From the NCBI GenBank assembly GCA_035708865.1, contig DASTFF010000017.1:5952-69951 (forward strand): 64,000 bases of DNA. The letters run 5' to 3'. This DNA comes from Gemmatimonadota bacterium. GTDB lineage: Bacteria > Gemmatimonadota > Gemmatimonadetes > JACCXV01 > JAHWKZ01. Position numbers and translations under genes: made by a program. Under the pieces are notes generated by a model. That model was given only the letters and a program-made list of their open reading frames with translations, did no database searches and was not told the DNA's origin. Positions 19,271 to 27,723 of the stretch are shown piece after piece (positions within the stretch are counted from its first letter, which is position 1; every line of letters starts with the position of its first letter).

Positions 19271-19336
19271 GAAGCGCTGAAGATAATGCGGTTGGTGACG
19301 GGTCGCCCGGGGCGACGATTCCAGGGCGAGCGCGGC

Positions 19337-20770
19337 CTACCGGATCAGCAGGCGAGTCGTGACGCCGTCCCGCTCGACGTACAGCTCGACCGGGCCGCCC
19401 GACCTGAGCACCCCCACCATCCAATCCACGTCGTCCTCGGAGTCGAGACCGCGGCCGTTCAGGGCGAGCAGGATGTCGCCGGTCCGGAGGCCGAGGTTCC
19501 GGAGCGCGCCGCCAGGTTGGACGTTGTCCAGATAGAACCCCGTGGCGCTCTCCAGGCCGATGCTGGAGGAGAGTGTCGGGTTCAGGATCACCACTTCGGC
19601 CGCGAAGGGGATCTGGATCCGGGGTGCGCGGGCCAGCGGATCCTCCTCCGGCGTCAGGTTGACAATGACGTGTCCGCCGTCGCGCTGGATCACCAGGTCC
19701 ACCGAGGCGCCGCTGGGCATGTCGAGGACCCGTCCCTCCCAGTCGAGCGCCGAGCCGATGGGCTCGCCCTCGGCCTCGACGAGCAGATCGCCCGCCTTGA
19801 GGCCGGCCTCGGCCGCGGGGCTTCCGGGATCGACCCGCGTCACGATCACGCCGATCGACGGACGGCCGTTGCCCGGCGGCGTCTCGGTCGAGACGTGGAG
19901 CCCTGTCCAGGGGCGCCGGATGGACCCGTACTCGACGACATCGGCCAGGGCGCGCCTGGCGCGGTTGATCGGGATCGCGAAGCCGAGCCCGATCGAGCCG
20001 CCCGACCTCGAGAAGATGAACGAGTTGACGCCGATCACCTCGCCCTCGGAGTTGACCAGTGGCCCGCCCGAGTTCCCGGGATTGATGGCAGCGTCGGTCT
20101 GGATCATGTTGGACCACACCTGCTCGACGCCGTCCCCCTGGCCCGGCCGTATATCCCGGCCGAGGGCGGAGATGACGCCCACCGTCACCGACGGATTGCG
20201 ATCCGCCAGCAGATAGCCGAACGGGTTGCCGATCGCGATCGCCCACTCGCCGATCAGGAGATCGTCGGAGTCGCCGATGGGGGCGACCGGGAGATCCTCG
20301 GCCTCGATCTTCAGCACCGCCAGATCGGTCGTCTCGTCCGCGGCGATCAGCTCGGCCGGGAACTGGCGGCCGTCCAGAAGCGTGACGAAGATCCGGGTCG
20401 CGCCCGCCACGACGTGCTGGTTGGTGATGATATAGCCGTCCTGGGAAACGATGAACCCGGAGCCGAGACCTTCTACCTCGCGGAGGTGCTCCCGCTGCCC
20501 GAACAGGCCGCCGAAGAACGGGTCGTCGAAGAAAGGCCTGGTCCGCACGACCTGCGTGGCGACGACGTTCACGGAGACGACCGCCGGGCCGACCCGCTCG
20601 GCCGCCCGCACGATGGCATTGCGCCGTGACTCGTCGATCGATGCGGGCTGGGCGGCCGCGCTGGCCAGCACGCGCTGGAGCCCGCCGGGTTCGCGGCGGG
20701 ACCCCACCAGCCATCCGCTCGCGAGGGCGAGCCCGGCCGCCGCGACGAGAACGGCGCGTCTATCGATCAT
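19337..20770 (-). CDS. DegP/DegQ (HtrA) serine protease with two PDZ domains
   Basis: GLGSGFI, TNQHVV, TDLAVL, IQTDAAINPGNSGG; N-terminal signal/anchor; start 20770 overlaps the truA end. Confidence 0.93.
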   Translation of the reverse strand: MIDRRAVLVAAAGLALASGWLVGSRREPGGLQRVLASAAAQPASIDESRRNAIVRAAERVGPAVVSVNVVATQVVRTRPFFDDPFFGGLFGQREHLREVEGLGSGFIVSQDGYIITNQHVVAGATRIFVTLLDGRQFPAELIAADETTDLAVLKIEAEDLPVAPIGDSDDLLIGEWAIAIGNPFGYLLADRNPSVTVGVISALGRDIRPGQGDGVEQVWSNMIQTDAAINPGNSGGPLVNSEGEVIGVNSFIFSRSGGSIGLGFAIPINRARRALADVVEYGSIRRPWTGLHVSTETPPGNGRPSIGVIVTRVDPGSPAAEAGLKAGDLLVEAEGEPIGSALDWEGRVLDMPSGASVDLVIQRDGGHVIVNLTPEEDPLARAPRIQIPFAAEVVILNPTLSSSIGLESATGFYLDNVQPGGALRNLGLRTGDILLALNGRGLDSEDDVDWMVGVLRSGGPVELYVERDGVTTRLLIR

Positions 20771-21518
20771 ACTCGACCCTCCAGAGAAAGAGTCCGTGCG
20801 GGGGAGCGGCTCCCGCCGCCACGCGCGGGCCGGCCGGCTCGAGAGCGGCGCCGATCGCCTCGGGGCGAATGCGGCCGCGGCCGACCGCCACCAGCGCGGC
20901 GACGATCGCCCGGACCATGTGCCTGAGGAAACGGTCGGCCGTGATCTCGAGTACCCGTCCCTCCGGAGTCGGGTCCCAGCGCAGGTCGAGGATCGTGCAG
21001 ACGCCTTGCCGGGGGCCGGAGGCGCCGTTTCCGTCGCCCTTGGCGAAGCGCCGGAAGTCGTGCGTGCCGAGGAGGGCTCCGGAGGCGGCCTCGAGGCGGG
21101 TCCAGTCGATCGGATGCCGCTGGGCCCACGCGTAGCGCCGCACGAACGGAGAGCCGCTCCCCGGTCCCTCGGCGACGAAGTAGCGGTACGTCCGGCACCG
21201 GGCCGAATGCCGGGCGTGAAAGCCGTCCGGCGCCGGCTCCAGGCGCTCGACCCAGACGTCGGCTGGCAGGCGCGCGTTCCAGGCGGCCCGGAGCTCCCCC
21301 GCCGCCAGCCGGCTCGCCGGGTCCAGGTGGACGACCTGGCCGCGCGCGTGCACGCCGGTGTCGGTTCGTCCGGCGGCCACCACGGACACGGCGTCGCCCA
21401 GCACGGCCTCGAGCGCGCGCTCGCACGCCTCCTGGACGGTCGGCGCATCGGGCTGGCGCTGCCAGCCGCGGTACCGGGTGCCGTCGTACTGGAGGACGCC
21501 TCGCAAGCGATGCGACAT
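20760..21518 (-). CDS. truA: tRNA pseudouridine(38-40) synthase
   Basis: YDGTRYRGWQRQ, AGRTDTGVHA.GQ, FHAR, GTHDF, FLRHMVR, APPHGLFL. Confidence 0.96.
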   Translation of the reverse strand: MSHRLRGVLQYDGTRYRGWQRQPDAPTVQEACERALEAVLGDAVSVVAAGRTDTGVHARGQVVHLDPASRLAAGELRAAWNARLPADVWVERLEPAPDGFHARHSARCRTYRYFVAEGPGSGSPFVRRYAWAQRHPIDWTRLEAASGALLGTHDFRRFAKGDGNGASGPRQGVCTILDLRWDPTPEGRVLEITADRFLRHMVRAIVAALVAVGRGRIRPEAIGAALEPAGPRVAAGAAPPHGLFLWRVEYDR

Positions 21519-21531
21519 GGGGCAGGGTGCG

Positions 21532-21560
21532 AAGTTAGAAAGGCCCGGCGGGGCCAGCAA
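21532..21560 (-). promoter_or_regulatory. Promoter candidate for truA-degP
   Basis: Minus strand TTGCTG (21560-21555), N17, TAACTT (21537-21532). Confidence 0.5.
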
Positions 21561-21576
21561 TCGGCGTGATGTCCGG

Positions 21577-21605
21577 TTGCGGGTGTCCGGAGGGCCACGT
21601 ACGTT
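21577..21605 (+). promoter_or_regulatory. Promoter candidate for trpD
   Basis: TTGCGG (21577-21582), N17, TACGTT (21600-21605). Confidence 0.55.
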
Positions 21606-21613
21606 GCCCGAGG

Positions 21614-21655
21614 ATGCAGCCGATCGCGCCCCACACTACGGAGCTCGCGGGCTGA
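21614..21655 (+). other. Candidate 13-codon upstream ORF MQPIAPHTTELAG
   Basis: ATG 9 nt after the -10 hexamer; its TGA (21653-21655) overlaps the in-frame CTG (21652) of trpD; contains no Trp codon. Confidence 0.3.
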
Positions 21656-22728
21656 GCGACGAGGCCGGCCTCGCCGCCGGCGATCCGCACGCCTGCCTGC
21701 AGGCGATCTCCGAGGGGCGCGATCTCGAGCCGGACGCCGCCGCGGCCCTGTTCGGCCGGATGATGGATGGCGATGTGCCTCCCGTTCTGACCGGTGCGCT
21801 CCTGGCCGCGCTGCGGACCAAGGGAGAGACGGTGGCCGAAATTGCCGCCGCGGCGCGGGCGATGCGCGCGCGGGCGTCCCCGGTGACCAGCTCCCGCTTC
21901 CCCCTCGTCGACACGTGCGGTACAGGCGGAGACTTCTCGATGACGTTCAACGTGTCCACCGCCGCGGCGCTGGTGGCGGTGGCCGCGGGGGTCGCGGTCG
22001 CCAAGCACGGTAACCGCGCCGCGTCCTCCCGGTGCGGATCGGCCGACGTCCTCGAGGCGGCCGGCGTCCAGGTCGACCTCGACTCCGCGTCCTCGCGCCG
22101 GGTCCTCGACCGGGCCGGGATCGTATTCCTCTATGCCCCCAACTTCCATCCCGCCACGCGGCACGCCGCCGTGCCGAGGCGGGAGATCCGGATCCGCACC
22201 GTGTTCAACCTGCTGGGCCCGCTGACCAACCCGGCCGGCGTCCGCCGACAGGTGATCGGGGTGCCGGACGCTGCCCTGGCGGGGCCCGTCGCCGAGGTGC
22301 TCCGCGAGCTCGGAACCGATCACGCCATGGTGGTCAGCGGCCGGGACGGGATCGACGAGGTCTCGGTCTCCGCCCCCACCGTCGTGGTGACGGTTCGGGA
22401 CGGTGAGATCGTGCGCGGCGAGGTGGCACCGGAGGAGCTGGGGCTTGGGCGTCACCCGCGCGCCGATCTGGCCGGTGGCGACGCCGCCTGGAATGCGGAG
22501 ATCCTACGGCGCGTGCTGGAGGGAGAGGGGAGCGACGCCCAGCGCGATTTCGTGGCTGCCAACGCCGCCGCGGCGCTGGTGGTCGCCGGAGCGGTGTCGG
22601 ACCTCCGCGAGGGGGTCCGGGCCGCGCGCGAGCTCCTGGACGCTGGCGCCGGGGCCCTGGCGCTGGACCGGCTGGTCGCGGTGTCGCAGGAGGAGGCCCG
22701 CCCCCGTCGGCCGGGCCCGCCTCCGTGA
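21652..22728 (+). CDS. trpD: Anthranilate phosphoribosyltransferase
   Basis: DTCGTGGD..TFNVST, KHGNRAASSRCGSAD, RTVFNLLGPL.NP, GIDE. Start uncertain: CTG 21652 (GGAG at 21640) or TTG 21604. Confidence 0.94.
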   Translation: MSDEAGLAAGDPHACLQAISEGRDLEPDAAAALFGRMMDGDVPPVLTGALLAALRTKGETVAEIAAAARAMRARASPVTSSRFPLVDTCGTGGDFSMTFNVSTAAALVAVAAGVAVAKHGNRAASSRCGSADVLEAAGVQVDLDSASSRRVLDRAGIVFLYAPNFHPATRHAAVPRREIRIRTVFNLLGPLTNPAGVRRQVIGVPDAALAGPVAEVLRELGTDHAMVVSGRDGIDEVSVSAPTVVVTVRDGEIVRGEVAPEELGLGRHPRADLAGGDAAWNAEILRRVLEGEGSDAQRDFVAANAAAALVVAGAVSDLREGVRAARELLDAGAGALALDRLVAVSQEEARPRRPGPPP

Positions 22729-22733
22729 GCGAT

Positions 22734-23339
22734 CTAGCGGTACTTCCGCAGGATCCCGATCGCGACCCCCTGGATCCGCACCCGGTCGGGCGCGTAGCGC
22801 TGGGTCTCGTGGGCGGGATTCGCGGGCTCGAGCCGGACCGTTCCGTCGGGATCCTGGTGGAACGTCTTGAACGTGGCGCTCTCGCCGTCGATCAGCGCGA
22901 CCACCCGCTCTCCCGGGCGCGCCGTTTCCCGGCGCTCGACCACGAGGAAATCGCCGTCCTGGATGTGCTCGTCGATCATGGAGTCGCCGGCGACCTGAAG
23001 CACGAACGTCTCGCCACGCCCCAGCAGGTCCTCGGGGACGGCGACCGCCTCGCGGTCGGAGACGGCCTCGATCGGCCGTCCGGCGGCAACCCGCCCCAGG
23101 AGCGGGAGCTCGATCGCGGCGGCCGCTCGCGGATGGGTGATCTCGAGCGCGCGGCTGCGATGGGCGTCCCGCCGCAGCGCGCCTTTGGCCTCGAGGTTGC
23201 TCAGGTGCTCGTGGACGGTCGCCACCGAGGAGAGACGGAAGTGGGCGGCGATTTCCTCCAGGCTGGGCGCGTAGCCGTTCGCATCCAGGAACTCGCGAAT
23301 GTAATCATAGATCTCGCGTTGCCGCTTGGTGAGCTTCAT
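22734..23339 (-). CDS. lexA: LexA repressor
   Basis: MKLTKRQREIYDYI..GYAPSLEEIA HTH; LLGRVA-AG cleavage site; GDSMI (Ser) and ATFK (Lys). Confidence 0.96.
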   Translation of the reverse strand: MKLTKRQREIYDYIREFLDANGYAPSLEEIAAHFRLSSVATVHEHLSNLEAKGALRRDAHRSRALEITHPRAAAAIELPLLGRVAAGRPIEAVSDREAVAVPEDLLGRGETFVLQVAGDSMIDEHIQDGDFLVVERRETARPGERVVALIDGESATFKTFHQDPDGTVRLEPANPAHETQRYAPDRVRIQGVAIGILRKYR

Positions 23340-23379
23340 GTCCACATCCGGCGTGGAGGTCGAGTCTTCCAGGGCCCGC

Positions 23380-24219
23380 ATGGATAATCCGAATCTGTCC
23401 GAACAAACCCCGAAAGTCAAGACCGGCTACCTGGAAGACGCGGTGGCCCGGAAGAGGGACGAGGTGGCGGCCGGGCGAGAGGCCCTGCCGGTGCACGAAA
23501 TCAAGGCGCTGGCAAGCGGCGCCCCGGGGGCCCGTCCGTGGGCGGAGGCGCTGCGGGGACGGGGGCTTGCGGTCATCGCCGAGGTCAAGCGGAGCAGCCC
23601 GTCCGCCGGTGCCATCCAGCCAGGGGCCGATCCGGCAGCGGTCGCGAGGACGTACGCCGAGCACGGGGCAGCGGCGGTGAGCGTCCTCACCGACCGCGAC
23701 TTCGACGGCCGGGTGGAGGACCTCGAGCGGGTCTCGCGTGCGATCGACCTGCCGGTCCTCCGGAAGGACTTCCTGGTGGACCCTTGGCAGATCTGGGAGA
23801 GCCGGGCCGCGGGGGCCGACGCGGCTCTGCTCATCGTGGGCGCGCTGCCGGACGTCAGCCTGCTGGCGATGGCGACGGTGGCGCACGAGGCGGGGCTGTC
23901 GCTGCTGGTCGAGATCCACGGGCCCGAGGAGATCCCCCGCGCGCTCGCCCTCGAGCCCTCGGTCGTGGGAGTGAACGCGCGCGACCTCCGGACGCTCGCG
24001 GTCGATCCGGCGGGAGCCCTCGATACCCTCGTCGCGTTTCGCCGCGAGGCCGGCGACGACGTCGTGCTGGTCGCCGAGAGCGGGATCGCCTCGGCCGACG
24101 ACGCGCGGCGGGCGCGCGATGCCGGCGCCGACGCGATCCTGGTGGGGGCGGCTCTCATGCGGGCCGCCCGTCCGGAGGAGCTGCTCGCGGACCTGGTCGC
24201 CGTGGGGGGAGTATCGTGA
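23380..24219 (+). CDS. trpC: Indole-3-glycerol phosphate synthase
   Basis: VIAEVKRSSPSAG, SVLTD, LRKDF, GADAALLI, LVEIH, GVNARDL, VAESGI. Start uncertain (ATG 23380, CTG 23431 or GTG 23443). Confidence 0.95.
   Translation: MDNPNLSEQTPKVKTGYLEDAVARKRDEVAAGREALPVHEIKALASGAPGARPWAEALRGRGLAVIAEVKRSSPSAGAIQPGADPAAVARTYAEHGAAAVSVLTDRDFDGRVEDLERVSRAIDLPVLRKDFLVDPWQIWESRAAGADAALLIVGALPDVSLLAMATVAHEAGLSLLVEIHGPEEIPRALALEPSVVGVNARDLRTLAVDPAGALDTLVAFRREAGDDVVLVAESGIASADDARRARDAGADAILVGAALMRAARPEELLADLVAVGGVS
23388..23420 (-). promoter_or_regulatory. lexA promoter candidate overlapped by three CCGAA direct repeats (possible SOS box)
   Basis: Minus strand TTGACT (23420-23415), N17, CAGATT (23397-23392); plus strand CCGAA at 23389, 23399 and 23410 (period 10-11). 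Confidence 0.55.
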
Positions 24220-24875
24220 AGCAGCCCGCCCCGCCGGTGTTCGTGAAGGTCTGCGGTCTGGCCGACCGTCGCTCGGCGGAGGCGGCGGTGCGGGCGGGGG
24301 CCGACTACCTGGGGCTGGTCTTCGCGCCCAGCCGCCGGCAGGTGCGGCCCGAGACCGCTACCCAGGTGGTCGAGGCCGTGCGGGCGGCGTGGGTCGGCGT
24401 GTTCGTCGACGCGCCGCTCGAGCGCATCGAGGAGTCCGCGCGCGTTCTCGGCCTGGCTGCCATCCAGCTACATGGATCCGAGAACGCCGCCACCTGCCGG
24501 GCCATCCGCGAGCGTACCGGCAGGCCGGTCTGGAAGGCCTTGCCGTGGACCGGCGACCCCGCGCCGCTCATGGCGTTCGCGAACGTCGTTGACGTCATCC
24601 TCCTCGACGCCGGCGGGCCAGGCCGTGGAGGCACCGGCGACGAGCTGCCGTGGAGCGAGATCGCGGAACGCTATCCGCGTCCCCGGCGGCCGGTCCCGCT
24701 CGTCCTCAGCGGTGGGCTCCACGCCGGCAACGTGGCGCAGGCGATCGGGATCGTCCTACCGGACGGCGTCGACGCCTCGAGCCGCCTCGAGAGCGCGCCC
24801 GGCCTCAAGGATCCTGAGCGCGTCCGCCTGTACGTGGAGAACGCCAGGGAACGCTCCCCCGGAGTGGTCCGGTGA
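24216..24875 (+). CDS. trpF: Phosphoribosylanthranilate isomerase
   Basis: [51 protein letters not shown]; GTGA overlap. Confidence 0.95.
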   Translation: MKQPAPPVFVKVCGLADRRSAEAAVRAGADYLGLVFAPSRRQVRPETATQVVEAVRAAWVGVFVDAPLERIEESARVLGLAAIQLHGSENAATCRAIRERTGRPVWKALPWTGDPAPLMAFANVVDVILLDAGGPGRGGTGDELPWSEIAERYPRPRRPVPLVLSGGLHAGNVAQAIGIVLPDGVDASSRLESAPGLKDPERVRLYVENARERSPGVVR

Positions 24876-26071
24876 CGGGGCCGGCGGCCGCCGCGGTCCC
24901 CGGGCTCTTCGGCCCTTATGGCGGGCGCTACGTCCCTGAGACCGTGATCGCCGCGCTCGACGAGCTGGAGGCCGCGTGGAGCGAGGCCTCGCGGGACGCT
25001 GGCTTCCGGAGCGAGCTGGACGGGCTGCTGGCGGATTACGCGGGCCGGCCGTCCCCGCTCACGCCCGCGCCACGGCTCTCCGAAGCGGCGGAGCGCGAAA
25101 TCTGGCTCAAGCGCGAGGATCTGAACCACACCGGGGCCCACAAGATCAACAACACGCTGGGGCAGGTCCTGCTCGCCCGGCGGATGGGAAAGAAGCGGGT
25201 GATCGCGGAGACCGGCGCCGGGCAGCACGGCGTCGCGACCGCCACCGCGTGTGCCCGCTTCGGGCTCGAGTGCGTCGTCTACATGGGCGCGGAAGACGTC
25301 CGCCGCCAGGCCCTCAACGTCTATCGGATGCGGCTCCTGGGGGCGGAGGTGGTGACTGTGGACGCTGGCACCCGAACGCTCAAGGACGCCACCAACGCCG
25401 CCCTCCGCGACTGGGTCACGCGGGTCGAGGACACGCACTACGTGATCGGCTCAGTGGTCGGACCGCATCCGTATCCGACCCTCGTCCGGGAGCTCCAGTC
25501 GGTCATCGGGTGGGAGGCGCGGGCCCAGGCACTTGAGCGGCTCGGGAGCCTGCCCGACGCCGTCGTCGCCTGCGTAGGGGGCGGCTCCAACGCAATCGGG
25601 ATCTTCCACGCCTTCCTCCCGGACCCGGTCCGCCTGATCGGCGTCGAGGCGGCGGGAGAGGGGCTCGAGGGACGCCACTCGGCGACCCTGACGGCGGGGC
25701 GGCCGGGCATCCTCCATGGCGCGCGGAGCTACCTCCTGCAGGACGACGACGGACAGGTCGCCGGCGCTCATTCGGTCGCGCCCGGCCTCGACTATCCTGG
25801 CGTGGGGCCGGAGCACGCCGCGCTCAGGGACAGCGGTCGCGCCGTCTACGTCGCGGTCGGGGATCTGGACGCACTGCACGCTTTTCACCGGCTGAGCGAG
25901 CTCGAGGGGATCATCCCCGCTCTCGAGAGCGCCCACGCGATCGGCTGGCTGCTGACCGACCCGCCGGAGGTCGAGGCGGGCTCACGGGTCGTGGTCTGCC
26001 TCTCCGGCCGGGGGGACAAGGACGTCCAGGCGGTCGCCGAGCTGGAGGCCGGGTCCGGCAGCGGCGTGTGA
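24872..26071 (+). CDS. trpB: Tryptophan synthase beta chain
   Basis: [60 protein letters not shown]. Confidence 0.98.
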   Translation: MTGPAAAAVPGLFGPYGGRYVPETVIAALDELEAAWSEASRDAGFRSELDGLLADYAGRPSPLTPAPRLSEAAEREIWLKREDLNHTGAHKINNTLGQVLLARRMGKKRVIAETGAGQHGVATATACARFGLECVVYMGAEDVRRQALNVYRMRLLGAEVVTVDAGTRTLKDATNAALRDWVTRVEDTHYVIGSVVGPHPYPTLVRELQSVIGWEARAQALERLGSLPDAVVACVGGGSNAIGIFHAFLPDPVRLIGVEAAGEGLEGRHSATLTAGRPGILHGARSYLLQDDDGQVAGAHSVAPGLDYPGVGPEHAALRDSGRAVYVAVGDLDALHAFHRLSELEGIIPALESAHAIGWLLTDPPEVEAGSRVVVCLSGRGDKDVQAVAELEAGSGSGV

Positions 26072-27723
26072 CGGTTCCCGACGAACACGTCCAGGCGGGG
26101 GAGGAGCTCCTCCAGGAGTTGATCCGGGCCTTCAAGGTGCGGCGCCTCTATGACGAGGGGCACCCCCAGCGCTCCACGACCGAGGCGGCGGCGACGGCAC
26201 GGATCGAGTCGATCCTCGAGGAGCGGGGCGCGCTCGACTTCGCGCTCGAGGACGGGGTGGCGCGGATCGGGGACCGGACGCTGTCGAGCGGCGCCGGGGA
26301 CACGCCGGTGATCGCGCTTCTCTACCACGAGGGGATCCGCGAGATCGTCTTCCAGCCGGGGCTGACGGCCGGCGAGCTGGCGCGCTTCCTCGATCAAGTC
26401 GCCGAGGTCTCGGCCACGGCGGCCGGGGAGCGTGACCTGCTGGCCCGGCTCTGGGAGGAGACCCTCCCGCACATCCATTACGTATTCGTGGAGCGGCTGT
26501 CCGATCAAGAGTGGACGCCGGACGTCAGCGAGCCGCGGACGGAAGAGACCGCCGCCGCGGGTCCGGTGGTCCTCGAGCCGGAGGACCGGCAGGCGCTGGC
26601 GCTGCCCGTCGTGTCGCTCCCCGATCCGACCGCCTACCGGTTGACCGACGCCGAGCTGGCCGGCCTCCAGGCGGAGATCGAGGGCGAGAAAGCGCGGACG
26701 CTCCTCCACGAGACGCTGACCTGCATCGGCGAACTGCTGTTCGATCCCCCGCACGACGATCCGATCCCGCTGGTGGGGGCGATCGCCGACATTCAGACCC
26801 GGCTCCTGGGGCAGGGTCGGCTGGCCGAGGTGCGTGGGCTGCACGACGTTTTCGCGAGCTATCTCGCCAGCCCGCGCCGTGATCCGCGCGTGGTGGAGGC
26901 GTTCGCGCTCCTGCGCCGGACCTCGGTCGACGGGGCCGCGCTGGCGCGGCTGGTCGAGCGGCTGGACGGCGGCGACGCCACGGAGGAGGAGCTCACCGGC
27001 TATCTCGAAATGCTCGGCCCGGAGGAGCTCCCGGCGCTGCTGGCCGCGCTTCCCGAGATGAAGCGCCTGTGCCAGCGGCCCGCGGTGGGGGAGATCCTGG
27101 CGCGGCTAGCGGCGGGCAACCGGAGAGCGCTCGAGGACACCCTTGCCGGCGGCGACGAGCCGTCGGCAGTCGCGGCCGCATACCTGGCGGGGATGACCGG
27201 GGATGCTTCGGCCGGGCCGGCCCTCGAGGCCGCGCTCCGGCGTCCGGAGCCCCGCGTGCGACTGGAGGCGATCCAGTCGCTCAAGCAGCTGGGAGACGCC
27301 GGCGTCCAGCACGCCGCCGGCGCGATCGACGACCCCGATCCCGCGGTCAGGGTGTACGCGCTCCGGCACTTGATCGCGCATCGCTTCGAGGCCGCCTTCC
27401 CGGCCGTGGCCGCGCTGTTCGACCGGATCGACGGGGAGGATCGCCCGGCGGCCGAGCGGCGCCTGGTGTACGAGGCCTTCGGTGCGCTCGGCGGCTCGCG
27501 GGCGGTGGACGAGCTGGCGCGCCGGATGGGGCGCCGCGGCGTCTTCCGGAAGGGGGACCCCGAAGTCGCCGCCTGTGTGATCGCGGGGCTCGCGGCGACC
27601 GGCTCGCCGGACGCCCTGAGAATCGTGGAGGAGGCCGCGCGCGACCGCGACGACCATGTCCGGGCGACCGCCCGCTCGGCGCTCGAGGCCTGGCGGCACA
27701 GTAAGTCCGGGAGCGCAGGATGA
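26068..27723 (+). CDS. HEAT-repeat protein
   Basis: Alanine/leucine-rich helical repeats ([38 protein letters not shown]); GTGA overlap with trpB. Confidence 0.85.
   Translation: MTVPDEHVQAGEELLQELIRAFKVRRLYDEGHPQRSTTEAAATARIESILEERGALDFALEDGVARIGDRTLSSGAGDTPVIALLYHEGIREIVFQPGLTAGELARFLDQVAEVSATAAGERDLLARLWEETLPHIHYVFVERLSDQEWTPDVSEPRTEETAAAGPVVLEPEDRQALALPVVSLPDPTAYRLTDAELAGLQAEIEGEKARTLLHETLTCIGELLFDPPHDDPIPLVGAIADIQTRLLGQGRLAEVRGLHDVFASYLASPRRDPRVVEAFALLRRTSVDGAALARLVERLDGGDATEEELTGYLEMLGPEELPALLAALPEMKRLCQRPAVGEILARLAAGNRRALEDTLAGGDEPSAVAAAYLAGMTGDASAGPALEAALRRPEPRVRLEAIQSLKQLGDAGVQHAAGAIDDPDPAVRVYALRHLIAHRFEAAFPAVAALFDRIDGEDRPAAERRLVYEAFGALGGSRAVDELARRMGRRGVFRKGDPEVAACVIAGLAATGSPDALRIVEEAARDRDDHVRATARSALEAWRHSKSGSAG

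Noticed and set aside
21614-21655. Classical trp attenuator leader
   Set aside because: No Trp codons and no terminator/antiterminator with a U-tract; kept only as a uORF-coupling hypothesis.
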